A stretch of 64,000 nt of DNA. Source: Haliotis rubra. Taxonomy: Eukaryota. Under the pieces are notes generated by a model. That model did no database searches. It was not told the origin of the DNA and saw only the letters and a program-made list of their open reading frames with translations. Positions 1-15,000 of the stretch are shown piece by piece (the stretch's first letter is position 1; each line of letters opens with the position of its first letter). The DNA is taken from positions 1-64,000 of the forward strand of contig NW_025765539.1 of assembly GCF_003918875.1 (NCBI RefSeq), read 5' to 3'. Both the position numbers and the translations under genes were made by a program.

Positions 1-3000
1 CCCGCCAGTATGCGCCTGACGAGGAGCAGTCTTCGCGTTCGTCGTGGTTGTTATCCTCAATAGCCAAGTAGATCAACGAAGAAGTATATGTTATTCCCGA
101 TATTTGCGTCGTTTCGACAGCGACCACCCAAGATACGATAGCAAATGACGACGATACCATGAATAACTTCACAGGGAAACCGTTCTGCTATGGACAGTTG
201 CGAACAAAATTAAAGGTTCAATAGTTACACCGAATCCCGGCCCCTTTATTCGGTAGCGTAGCGTCAACGTCTTACGCGAAGATGGGTATTATGTTCAGAT
301 GACGTGTTAGCTATGAATGCAATAGATCATATCATAAACAAATTTCAGCCCACGTTAACCGCAGACATATCAAAACAACGTTATTTTATTATGTAAATCT
401 GACGTATGTAACGTATAACTTCAGGGCACCCAAAGCTGCCAAACGACTACCATAAGTTGCGTATTTGGTGATCAATAACATGAAGTTGGTGACAAAACAT
501 GCTCATCACTCCAGGTGTCGAAATATTCTTCAAGAATGTAATCGTACCAGTACCGTGATTCAAGTAAATTACGTGAAGAATAACAAATCACATTGTCGAC
601 TGAACGTTATTTGTGCGAAGAATAACAATACTTTTGATATGAGTCGTCGTTAGACGGTGGTATATCGCCGTAATAGAATATGCGTTGATGCCGTGGATTT
701 ATTGAATACTTCCCTTCGTCGTCCGATTGCATGATCATTCAGATCAAACATATACCGTTGATATTATTGTACCACTCCACGATGGTTAAAACCTTTCTCT
801 ACGTAATACCGTTATGAGTTCCGATTTCCAAATTCCGCCCCCATCTGCTCATTATAATCGAATTTTTCCGGATCATACAGATTCGGGTAAGCTGATAATT
901 ATCCAACCAACACGCCCGAAGGTCTATCCTCGATTTGTCATAAGCCGTTCAATATCAAATCCATTTGATATATTGCATTCCGTACTGTTAGAATTGACAG
1001 CCAAAAGAACACGCAATGGGTCATCAATATCAATGGTCAATAATAATATGCTCATTAGCGTAACCAACGCCGTGTCGCCATATGCTGCCAATCAAAATAC
1101 CGTAATTAAAACGAACGAGCGTGCCAGTAAGATGAGCCGTTTACGAGTCATGAACGCATTGATTCAAAGTCTTCGTTTCGCTGTTTTTAACCGAGACACG
1201 ACGTTCGCTGAATCGACCCGTGAAGATCCGCCACGGATCTTCAGCGCCCGTCGTCAGCCGTTTGCCGACATATCATCGCATTCTTCGATTGCGTAACCGA
1301 TGTTTATAACGGATCGTTGCGACATTATCACGCGTCTGAATATCGTTAAACAGTCCGTCAACACCGAATCAACGTTTCAGCAGCACAAATAACGACATTA
1401 TACCACACCGTAACCATACCACATTGTTCATGCCGTAATCGTCATTCTTCACCGCATTTGGCGCACGTGGTTAGCGTCCAGACACGAACAGCCATTTGTG
1501 GGTTGGGCAACGATAATGAGAACAGCCTGAAGTTGATAAAGCAAATAACGGCGAAAACAGTGTCATCGTAATGCAGAAAACACGCATTGTTCGTTATCGA
1601 ACGTCAATGGTGAGCCCCAAAAGCTTCATCTTTAACAGCAGTTCGACATTCAAATCGCTAATTTGGCGTACTTTCATTTCGCTTTCCGACATTTTACGCC
1701 ATGAAAGCGACATTACCAGGCCAACATATAATTTTAAAAACGTGAGTTATTGAATTTAACGCGAACGAGATTCAACAGCATGACGAAGATACCAAATCTT
1801 GTTTTGGAATTCCAAATGATCAAAAGCGTTATTATTCGTTGACATAAAGCGACGCAATAAACTATCCATCCGTAATTGCGAGCGTCGGAGTAAACAACAT
1901 AAACATTCAATAATTATCACCGACCAGCGAGCCGACCATACAAGTCATTAGTTTGGCTTCGTTAGCTGGCGCGTGTCAGCAGCGCCAGCTCAACGAAATA
2001 ATACGGGTTAATGTGAGCTTCTCCATCCGCCAGTACCGACAGTTGTTTGATGCAACAATACTTCACTTCTGCTAATGTCATCGGTCGACAAAACCATTCC
2101 GTCTCCGTTGTTCCAAGAACATCATCGACATGCTGAGCATGACAACGCCAACGCCATAATATCACAACAACAATAATAAACGCAATTGAATAATGCATAT
2201 CAATAAAAACATTCCGCCCCGTTATTCAGTTGTTCATCATCAATAATAATATCATCGAATATCAATACAAATCATATCGAATAACATAGTAAAGAACTCT
2301 TCTAAAACCATTTTGCTTCATGTTATCGTTCCGGCCTCATCATATTCAACGGTAATTCTGCAGTTTCATTGCAATTCGATAGATTTATGCCGCGATCTTC
2401 AGTCTATATCTCCTCTTACTGTTCACGGTACCAATAAAATACTTTATGCGTACTATCGACAATTTCATCAAAGCGCCAGTAACAAGCGGTCGGCATCAAC
2501 GATGGTTCCATTGGCGAATCTGTGATGCTGAATACCTTTGAACAGCGCCCGACAACAGTATGACGGCAATTATCGACGATTGCGCACAACCGTTCAAAGA
2601 AGGAAGCGCGACGCTCGTAGGCCGATCTCGGCACGTTCACCATCATTGAACACGGCGGGAGTCATCGTCCGATTTACGATTATACACGTCGACACCAGTT
2701 TCGTTCTGCCTTTCGCATTACATTACGTTGGTTGTTGAACTTGCCAAGTTAATCTCCGACATATCAATTATCGGTTCATCTTCTGATTCAACCTCTGGAA
2801 GAATATCTTATTGCCGTGCGCAACAAAAGCGATCCTCGTTAGCACTCGCTCAATTGAACATACGCACACCTATAGTAGATCGCCTGCGATATCGCGAAGC
2901 CGATCAGGGAGAAGGCTGGCCGTCATAAAACACACCCGAATGCGGGAAGACGACGCAAAATGATTATCTTGAATGTTCATATTCACCAGTACCAACAACA

Positions 3001-6000
3001 TTCCGAGGGCTTGCCGAGATTACGCATATTCGGTTTTGTGTATGAAACAAGTTGTTTGCTTGAATGTTAACATCATAAAAACAAACATGGTTTGTCGCTT
3101 TCAGTCGCGACGCTATCGAAAACCGTTTTCCGACGGTCATTTTATGCGTACGCAAGCTGAAAGAATACCGTGCAAAACAATGCGCGCGCATACCGTTACT
3201 CGTCTATAATCAAAGGATCATTCGACGACCGCGATCCGGCCAGAACCGGTCTCGAAGAAGGGGAGTTCAGATTGTTAACGGGGATACCGTCGTATTCCCG
3301 CGAAATATCCGACATGGGCTCGACCAGCAACCATGCCAGTTAAAGAAAGACTAACGGGATCGGTGGTTGTGTTCGGTCTGTTGATCATTAACAATCGCAC
3401 CACTGCGTGACGACATGCCGTTGATCACTGACAATTGTTCCGCATCGAACATATAGACGTCGCGCTAGCCGGAATAGTCGAGGAAAGTTCGGTCAACAAC
3501 TTCAACCGGGGTTCAAATCAATTCAATCGGCTTCGTTCCGATATCTTCGCGAGCGAGCGAGCGAGCCAATCGTTAACATCATTACACGCGACGAACAGCT
3601 TCGATACAGAAACGAAACATATGCATATTATAAAGACCTCAACATCGGGCATCTCGTGATGGTTTTATTTATTCGCAAACACTGACTGTTGGCATTTGAT
3701 GGACGATTTACAGTCCGCCGATTCTTCGGGTCGGTCCAGTATCGCAGTCAATTCGGAATATGCTTCGAACATCGTTATCGATACCTTTTCGCGTAAGCAG
3801 CGGAATATTACCATTGACGAGGTCTTTAGCCATCCATAGTATCGACGCAGAACTTAAACGCTTTTGTGAGCTCAAAGATACCTGTTCACACGCTTTTCTG
3901 AAGAACAATGAATCGGTACTGCGGGATTCTGAGAAATGCTTCGAGTTCAGCGCCCGGATCACTTCCAGTGGTCTCTCCGGGACAACAACGAGCCATTGAT
4001 GGAAGTCCGCATTCATATTACCAATCATCTAACAGGTCGATGCCTGATGCATATTATCGCTGAACATAAAGTTGAATGGGGTGAGCGAATGAGCATGAAG
4101 TTTACGTCGCTGAAGGTTGTTCCAGTAATATCGAATGGCGGAGATCATAGCGGTCAATATCGACAAATCGATGTTAGAATGAACCCGATGGAGGTGACGA
4201 GCGCATGCTTTAAATATTAGTTGCCTTCATCATGAAGCTGATGGTGAGTTTCCAGTTAATTTTAACGAAATACCCGTTAAATCGTCATTACCGGCCCAGT
4301 TCCTTTAAGAGCAACACAAGTCATTTTTTATTTGTTTATTCATTATCATTTTTCCGAGATTTTCGTAAAATATGATGATCGCGCTCGAAAGTGGTACAAA
4401 GTCAGAATGCAGCAGATTCTCAGTAAAAATAATGCGTCTGTTTATGGTATATCGGGGACATGTCTGTTCTTTCGCGAATACTCCGAAAAGTCATCATTGA
4501 TATGCCACGAAGTTTCGTAAAGAAGCTTCATTGTAAACTGAATGTCATGCCGGAATAACGCATTTTATACCAGCTCTACGCCGCATGCCATAGACGCGAA
4601 AGAGCCGCGATTGCTGAATACGTAATGGGCAAAACAGCCTGTTGGTCGTTCATAACAGCGAAAACCAGTTCCTCAGCAGCTCAAGTCAGGGCACGGATGC
4701 ATCATCGTGATACCAGACTACTGGCTCCATTATTAAAGCTAGACGTACCATGATGTAACGTGTTTCATTATTCGATACGATCAGCACGTTCATATATCTC
4801 AAAATGCGGGCAGTTCAGCGCCAGCTGCCGGGCTCGTTCACGAAATAATTCAAGTCCGAACTCAATACGGGGCACAAACAGCGGAAGCCCACCGCGTCCT
4901 TCCATTACTGCCGGAAATACGCCGCTGGCGTAAAAACCGAAATAGAAGTCAAAGTCAGTCAAAGTCATATCTTCATTGAAAATATCAAAAACAAACACAC
5001 AGCCTGAACAATGGCTGTCAGTTCGAAGATCACTGCCGAGCGTATAGCATTTGTTTACATCGCAGCAAGCCATGCCGAGGCGACGTTGAATATTTTTCAT
5101 CTGCAACCGGCACTACGGAAACAGCCGGTACGCTGCTTGAGTTCGTAGCCTGAATCATCAACCAGCCCGATTGTGATTCTTTCAGAATATAGAGTTGGCG
5201 AGCAGAAATATTCCAGCGAGCGGCCGTTATTGCAGAAACGATGGACTGGTTTGCCTTCGGTAAGATTAAAGACGATAAGAGCAAAACCATAGTTACCAGA
5301 GGCCGAAGGAAGCCAGATGCAATATGCATACAACAAATCAATATATCCCGATCGTTGGAAAGTCATAAAACAAATTGGTTTAGCCGCCGCCAGCCTTCTG
5401 GGCAGCCAAGTCGTTGAAAGCAACGCGTCAATTCAACAATGAAAGCTCTTTTCACCCAAGCCAACGATAACTCTCATTGAATCGCGCTATGTTCGCAGTC
5501 CGCACTTCATCTATTGTTCATCCTGTCGATACGTAAAAACAATAATTCCAGGATTTTCCGCACATTTCGTTCAGACTTCGAGTTCGTTCGAGTTCGATTG
5601 CAGTTTGATTGTCATCATACGCGACGCATAATAATTCAAACAGCGCCGTATCAATCATTTTGACAGACGCAAAGTTACAACGATGTTTCTAAATTCAGCC
5701 GATAATATGACCGTAAACGGCATTCATCAGAGACCAAAATATTTGTGAAAACAGCTTCAACATTTCGTTATAATCGTCACCTAAAGATAACAAACATATG
5801 GGTATTCCTCAACCGTTTGATTTCCGCGAGTACTTTAGTTCGTTATGATTGACTCGAAGCTTCGCAGTCATTCCGGTATCCGTTAACAGTTTTAGCGGAA
5901 ATAGACGATCTATACCGTTTTCGCAGCAAAACGCGACGAATATGATATCAAACAGATCATAACATTTCACGACGTCATCTATAAACGTTTGTTCAACGAT

Positions 6001-9000
6001 TTCGTTAACATACCGTTACATTTCATTATCACCAATAATATTGTTCAAAGTCTTCACAAAGAATTATTGAAGAATGCCCATAGAAGACCCAACCAGTAGT
6101 TTGTTTCATCAAAGAACGAGGAAAAGCTCGTTTGAACTGATACCGTATTTCCAGTTCGACGTATATATCATGGCGAAATTCGGTATTGATCCATTTAGCA
6201 GCGACGAAGCAGAAGGAGCATTTGAAATTCGAGCGACCGTCTGTATGATTCAAGACGACCAGGGTATTGCGTTTGAAAATCGCTGATATCATTCTCGATC
6301 GCCGAACTTATTCCATCTGTTCAGGGTACAATACCAGACTAAGATATCGATCTCGGTTCCGTATCACAAAAACCGTTACGACAGTCGGTTCGTCCGGTTC
6401 GCAGACCGTTACCATCCGCCGCCCATTAATGGCCAGAAAGAGCACGATCTATCAAACATTTTAAACGAGTTCATTTCATTTGGCATTGCCTTATCATGTC
6501 GTCAATAAACCCTACGATCGCCGAAACATCGTTAAAATACGGTACTGATAGCCGGTATTTACCGAAGGATCGGTATCAAGTCGAGCAGACTACGTTACCG
6601 GCGAATTACGCGTCCAGTTCGGGTTGGCATAAAGAAGTCGCACATTACATTGATACACGCGTATCGCACGTCGTCATATGAGATGAAACATTGCCAACGA
6701 CGCCAAACTACCACATCAATTACCTCGCCGAGCCTGGCGACGACAGTTTGACCAGTTATCTGGCCTTGAAGAGTTTAAATCACCGCCATTTCGTCAGAAT
6801 TCGAATAGGGTAAATATAATTCATCAACCGTCTGAACTCGCACGAACACCTTTAGTAATCATCGTCAACAGGGACAATCGGGTTATCGCATCAACGGATT
6901 CCGGTATCAGTATCCGGTTCTTAATCGAGAAGTTTATCAGGATCGTAATATCATCATCAGCCAATGGAACCGATCTGGAAACAAATGAATAACGTTGTAC
7001 CAGAGCAGAACAAATATAATGGGAACAACGCAGATCAATAAATATCGCATTAGACCGTCAATGTATTGACGTACCCACTAAAATAGCAGGGTTCATAGCA
7101 GTTCGTAGATATCGTTAATGAAACTGTTTATTATCGGCATTGAGCCGACTTTGGAACAATATCAATGCAGATCTTATTGAACGCGTATTCGAAGGCAGAC
7201 TAGAAGACGATATTTTCCGAAAGCCAACATTTAACGATATCCGATAAAGCCGGTTAATAGTCCGGTATTGATTCAGTTGCCGACGGGGAGAACGGTGGCA
7301 GGTTGCGAAAGCCAAAATATTGTTTACGTCGCTGGCGAATACTGCTAATATCATAGTAACAGATGGGGAATATTCGGTGATGTATGAATCGTGCTTCATT
7401 CCAGATTCTCCCGACGTTCAGCCGTTGAAGCGGTAGTTCCGATTGTGTCGTAGATTCCGAAAGCCGGTCAAGATCTCGACATTCGACAAAGAATGCACCA
7501 ATGACAACCGTATGGATAAACACGTCTTTATCGGTTACGTAGTTAATCAACATTTTACCGTTATCGTTCATCGATTTAGGATTGCGTTTCGCTAATATGC
7601 CGTTGGTCTCACACCAACAAATGCCACGAATGGCTTGATAACCATGCGTAAATCGAATGTCAGCGAACATTACTTCAAAGTTTTCCAGATGTTCGGTCGC
7701 AGATAGAAACAAATACAGCATATTACATTTCGATTCTTCCGCGTCACCACGGAGCCGCAGAAGATGTAACTTCAAATCGGAAGAGTCGATGTTGTCGTCA
7801 TAATAGCGTAAACAGAAATCTCACCTAAACAATTCGTAAATGGCGTTCGAGATTTTCGTTTCGTCAGTCAGCCGAAAGGATCATGATAACCATTTCAAGA
7901 CTTTACCTCATTATGTTTTGTTTATGATTTACATCGCGTGATAACGGTTGACAACGAAATAAATATAACCATTACCTTCGTCAGATGAGCAGCCTTTGCC
8001 AACTTCCAGGTGTCAGGCACCATTGCTGAAAATATCGTGCCAGACGATTGCCGTTAACAGTATCGTTATCCGATTATACGAACCGAAACAATGAATACGA
8101 CTTCCGGCATCAATGGGGTCAGCGACGTCACTTTCAAACCTTTATCAAAGACGAAGTCGAGGCGATTGTTGACGCACGCACCATAAAATGTTCACGCAGT
8201 TGCGTTCGTGCTGGGGAAACGGGCTGCGCAAATAATGATCGTCGTTTGTTATCGATTCACCAACGCAGCGTCGCGGAAAACTATGAACGCCGTTGCCGTG
8301 GTGCCAACAGTTCGCCTGCACCAGTTCAGGAAAAGTTGCGTAGTTTGGTTAATTCGAAACATGATTTGACCTCGCGAAGATCCGGAACGCCATAACTATC
8401 GGTTGTTAAGACTGATGTCGCAAGAAGCACGGATCGGGTGACGGTTCACAGACGATATCATGCCGCCGATCACGATAAATAACCGACATTTGAGCAGATC
8501 GCCGTATAGCTGGAATATTGCCGAGCGCGGCGCAACCAAACTGGTCAATCAATCGGAACATGATTTAAAGTCGAAGGCTATTGGCACATAGGTTATATAA
8601 TAGACAGAACAGTACCATCAAAGATCGACCGACTTCAGTTTGTTTTACGCCAGCAAATATCTCCAGCAATCACGGTATCGACAAAATAATCGATTTACCG
8701 GAAGCCTTTGCGAAGACGAACGTTTCAACCATTAAAGTTGCCTGTCGTTCTATTGTCAAAGAAACACATCATTCTTCAAGTGAAAACAACGATATATTCT
8801 CTGTTCGGTCTGATTCAGTGTTTTCGTTCGACTGAGCGAATATAGCTCATTAATCATTAACCACCGGCCCCTAATCAGTACGGGCCGCATTTGGTAAATG
8901 TATTCACGATATTAAAACGCATCGCCATCTAATTGAAGGTCAGTTGAAACCACGACAATGCCATCTCTCGACAGACTTCATCAAAAGTTTATGTAACAAT

Positions 9001-12000
9001 AATTACTGGCTCCGACGCAACATGATTTCCAAAATCCACCGTTTAAAAGCACAAAGCCATTGTCATTTATGATGCAGCCAAATCGAAACACGAAGACATG
9101 AGTTCAACGATGAAACCGCGAACTGGCGAATTTCACCAAACGCCACCAATTCGCGAAGCCGTACCAGCACGACATAATAGCCTGATACGATCCTCGCGCA
9201 CCATTCCGCATAAAGTTTGCAGCCGGGTTCCCCCAAGCGGAGAGTTCATCTCTATAACCATATTAAAGCGTATATACGTAATTTATGCTTTATGAAATTC
9301 AAACCTTGACGGGCAACGGAATACCAAGCATACCAAAGTGTCCTCACCAAGAGAACACGTGGAAACGGCGCATTCACAGGCCACTTTGAGTCAGCGCATC
9401 GCGTTCCATTATGAAAGAAAATACGTAAGCTCAGGTTGTTTTGACTGGTGTTAGCAGAAGGAGCGAAATGATGAATCACGCATTTATACACAAGCAAACG
9501 CCCGTAAACATCATAAAACACGAACGTCAATACTGAAGAATACACAATGGTTACACATATCATTTTATTATCGTTGAAAAATAGCATTTCATAATACAAT
9601 AAAAAAATAACAACGCAGATTTTTCATTTATTCTTTCCACGTCAAGATATGCTCAAGGCGCAACAATGACAGATATGCTCATTGCCATAGCAGCACACCA
9701 AAATACGATTTACAGTATGTTTATCCTTTATTCTGAATGGGCAATACCATCAGAAACTGTATGGGGCCGCATGAAAAGTTCCGGCTTCCAAAGCTTGGCT
9801 TCGAAGGACGAACAGAAACTCGATATCGATGACGAAGGCAAAGAGGAAAGGCGTCGGGGAAGCAAAGTTCCATCGCTAAGAGATGGTAAATGTTTTCGTT
9901 CGGGATGAGAGCCAGCAACGAACAGGTACATGTTTGTAACGCGACCGACAGCGTCAGCACCTTTCGTACTATTCAATGCCTTCCGATCGACCCCAAACAA
10001 CAAAGCTGCTGTCGAGCCTGAAATCAATAAGCCCGAAGGCGCTTCAGCCGCAAGATAGCCGACGGATGCTGCCGATGAAATGGCAAGTTCATTGGTGATG
10101 CCAGCTCACCAGTGTTTCCATTGATATGATGGTCAGCATATGCCTACCCGCCAGACGCATTATAGAACAACGTCGGCGAGCGGTTACCACGGATATTTCG
10201 AAGTTCTGCGACCACCAGAAGTGCGCCAAAAGTCATTGAAAGCTGGCGAGTCGTTCTCGTGCAGTTTGCATTCCTGAGACGATTATAGTGGGTAGTTTTC
10301 GAGAGTTGCGTCATTCAAGAGTGATGATGTTGCGGACGATGTTACAATATTATCGCATAGCCAGCAGAACAGCGGGCCCAAGTTCGCATTCCGTGGTACC
10401 ATGCCTATAATGCCGTCAGATTCGTCTTCTCATCATTAGCACGGTACGTTCGCCCAGCATAGAGCTATCCGTTCGGGTACTATGTCACCGGTTTCAAAGA
10501 TTTGCGATACCACATGGTTCATGGTATCGACTAAGTTATGCCGCTATAACATACATGGTTGTTACAGCAGCATATACAGCTTCGAAATAACATTACGCAT
10601 CAGCGTTCGGCACGCAAAATTGTGGCTGGTGAATATATACTGAAATCCTCACAGCGTTCAAAAACAGAAACAACATACCATGCAGGAGTCGCCCGCGCAT
10701 TTTCATGCCATATGCCATTGATCAGCGCTGAGGACGATGTCCGATAAACAATGATTGAACCAAAAAGACTCTTTCGAAGCCAAGACACGAGTTGATAATC
10801 ATTACGGTTCGAAGCAAACGCCTATCAAAAGTCGGCCTCGATACGCACAGCCATAACAAGACAGCGTATCATTAAATTTCATCTCGATGCTAAATATGCA
10901 ATCTTCATTCGAAGTGTTTGAAATAGACCAAATCGGCCGTCAAAATTTTGTTACGTTAAAAACGTAAACATCCGTCGCGCCAATCGACAAGCCGCGAATG
11001 CGGTTATTTCGAATGAAAGGTGAGCCAGTTGAAACGCAAGTCGATTTCAAACACTGGAGCGTCGCAGCGAGCGAATTGCTTCCGCGTTGTTCGTTACACG
11101 TCAATGAATAAAATGACCGCACAAATGGAAAATGATTCTTCATGATCAAACGATCAGAACATACACGCATAGCATAACTCGCTGGCGCATTAGGTCAACC
11201 GCATTTTCGAAGAATTGTGCCAGGATGTATGACGCCAGTATCGTTGCGAGCAGCCCATGGTGACCAGTTCAATTGCATCGATGCTTTCGTAGTTCTCATC
11301 AATTTTATAACTAAAAAGATCCTATTGCTGGCTTTGTTATCGGGTCAGCGATTTGAATGGTTCTTATCCGATGTGCCAGTTCTGATCTCCATATTCTCCC
11401 CGTTTCCGCAATTCCGACTGGTTTCGCATCGTTGACAATGAATGCCGAAAATATCACAACGATGATCAGCCGCCAGTTTTACTGATATCGCCGAAAACAA
11501 AGCCGATCAGTTGGTCTCACCCGGACTCATTAATCGCGGGAATATTTCACGCTCCGTAATTTAACACTTCAGACGTAAAAACAGCTATTTAAATAGCGTC
11601 CCACCAGATTTGTTTGACAGCGCATCTTATTGCAATCAACGACGCCACTGGTGCCATGAATTTAACGTAACGAAACAATATCATTAACACCGAATAAGCC
11701 AGATGAATTCCGTTTGCCTGATGACATGAAGTTATTTCATACGTATGCAATGCAAAGACGCAACATAGCATTTCGCGGAACCATATTATCATGGATGTAT
11801 GAATCCGAATATTACGAGATGGCATACATATTTCGTTCATCTTCCCATAACAGTTGTGAAAGCTTCATCTCGTCAATAAATATGTTATTTGTCGAATATT
11901 TAACCGAATATAATATCGAAAACTAACGACAATCATTCCAAACATACCCATCAATAAGCGCATCATTCTTTCAATCCATAAAACCATCATCAAAATTGGC

Positions 12001-15000
12001 GCAATAAACGCCATCGTCCCTTTAAATGCGCATACATTAATAATCATTGTTACAATCATTGTCAATATCAGCTCACATATAAGGTTGAACAATAAACAAT
12101 CAACATTAGTCCGAATCAGTTCGAATATATCGGTGAATATCATAGGAACTAAAAGTAGTCAGTAGCCACGATTTCCAATTGCGTAAAAGGTTTAGAATGT
12201 CACCTCTGCAACATGATTTAAACAATCAAAAACCGTCAAAGTTGCGCTTATATATCGATGATGATATACAATGTAATAATGCTCGATGAAAAGCATTAAT
12301 TATACCAAACATACATCACAATGACCGACAGCGTAACGACGTTTACCTTGTTCAACCGACCTTCACCAAAGAAATGCCTGAATATGCGTTACCGGTCGTT
12401 GAGATTTATCACACAAAGCGACCGATTGAATAAAATGAAGGCTTGCCGACAAGGGCAATATTGTGGATTTAGACCCTTCCATTATTCAGATCGCTTGGTA
12501 AATATAACATGAAGATGGGTAATCAGACGACTTCGACCATCTGCGTATTGTCATAGTTTATCGCTTTCACCAGCGCGTTATAGCGTTTGAAACGCAGATA
12601 CGTCAGTTAATGTTTCAAGTTGATATGCCAGTTCGTCAGCCGCACGAAATCCTGACAATTTCATGAATTATCAAATCATTGCATCAGTATCTATTTTATA
12701 ATTTCCTTACTTTCGTTACGATTCATTTATTACCAAAAGTACCGAGTTACGTACAATGAACAGACGGATGACGTTCAGAAAAGTTACCGCATAAACGGAA
12801 TTTGTCTTGCTTCATTACCAGAAAACGTTCACGCTGCCGCGTTTTCAATACTCAATATGTTTCGCTTTATTCCAGACAGTTGTTATTGTCAGAACAACTT
12901 CTGATTCTCAAATGTACAGAATTAATGCATTTTTCTGCCGAACATGAAGCACGACAGGGCAAAGTTCAATATCAGCCGCTGAAACGCGATTTTGTAAACA
13001 CTATCCAATATGGCGCACGCGTGTAGTTTATTTCGAAAACATCCTCACCACGTTAACGTTCGCGAATTTATATCAGCGATTCATGTACGATCGTGCGATC
13101 ATGAGCTTTTTGAAATTAATACCCCAGTATCATCGATTATTTCAAACATTGCCAGCAATAACGCCAGAATCGCGATACCGTGTCGGCGACATTTTCGATG
13201 AAATAATTTGAAAGCGTTCGATCTTCCGTTCAAAAGGATGGCATCAGCAGCGAAATTTCCAGCATCGAAACGTGAAGCGTACAGGCGCGGGATATTTCCG
13301 ATGCCGACTTCGAATTGAGGATTTAGCTGGTGCCGATACATAAACTCTCGTAAGACCAGGCGAGTCGCCACATTGCCAGCAGGAAAGCGAAATAAAATTT
13401 CAAAATATCTCTCTATGTAAATGAATGTTTATCGTTACGCAAGCGCAAAGCTAAAGAAAACTTTTCATCGTTAATTGTGTCCATCAAAACAAATAGTGTT
13501 CTACGTTCATAATTTCGTTCATTGCGTTACCAGCCGTGCGACGTTACTTCGAACGTCCATTTCGAACTCATAACGAGGTCCGAGTCTGGCGATGAAGTCA
13601 CCGCTCATTGTATCGAGATTCATGGCGCGGTGCGTCCCAGAATACCGACACCGTCATCAATAATAATACTGTGATACGCTTTTGCACCCCAGCACTGCTG
13701 GTCACCGGCGTAAAAGCCATCGTTTCAGATGCCAGCCGTGCTTTATGACCACGACGCGTGACATTTCACCATTCGCCAGCCTATTGCCGTGCAATCAAGA
13801 CGAATGATTTCATCTCCAGAAAGTTATTTATCGCTATCGGGTCAGGCGCAATGAACAGAGTCCCAGTCACCAGGCAATTTGCGCGGTTCAGGAATACTGG
13901 CAGCGTTCATCGAAATCCGCTCACAACCGAAGCAGATGATCAACATGAAATGGTCTTCCAGATTGTTCCGTTATCTCATACCGGTAGTTAGGCGACTGCC
14001 AGTAAAGTCACGTGATTTGCAAATCAGTTAGCGATGCGTGATTGAACAACACGTTGGTTATACGTTCATGCATATAAGGGTCAGAGTTATCTTCGGCCCA
14101 GTTTGCCGAAATAAATATCTGTTTACAGTGCTGGCGGTCAGCGTCAACATAGTCTAGTATGGTCGTGTCACGTTGCCAGCTTCAACCATTTCTGCCGTGA
14201 TTAGCATTCATCATTGCGTCGCCACATGAATAACCACTATTTGGGGTGTAACATCGATACGGTCAGGTTTATGCAGCGACATCTATCATTCGATAACGAC
14301 GGATATAGTGTTCAAGCCATAAGAAATAAACGACGATATTAACCGTATTAGAAGAAAAGACAAACAAAAACAACTCCACTGCCATACCCCCGCTCTTAAA
14401 GTCGAACAAAGATTCAGATGCAGAATAGTGAAAGCCGGAAGCCTCCCAGCTTCATTATTAAATGAATATTCACTTTCAGATAAAAGTCGCAAGACCTTCC
14501 GTCATTTCAGACACTTCCGATCAATATGCAGCCCAACGCGTCCCATGCTCAGACAGACAATATGCCGATAAAGAAATAAAGATATCAGCAGGCGCAGCAG
14601 CAGCAGCAAAAGTCACCGAATCACAGCATATAGCAGCAAATCAATATTCATCAGTATATTCAGTCACAAGAATCGTAAGATCGACCGTTCTCAATACGAT
14701 TGGCACCAGATTGCCCGTGGAAAATTAGTGAACAGTATTCCAGAAGCGATTTAACACAGTCCCATATCCCGAACGATGAAAGATAAGTCTCCAATGCCGA
14801 TAACCCGTCAGCGCAGCCCTTCGATCTCTAAAGCATTTGAGCGCAGACTTCAGTGAACGGAAGCTGTCCTTCTATTTACTTCATAAACGACGCCATTGAA
14901 GACGAAAGGAAGTCATCATCGCATTCAGTGACGCCGAATCAGTAATCTGCATTGATCCATCAATCTAAAGAAACTGTTCATTAGCCACCGCCTGTTCTCG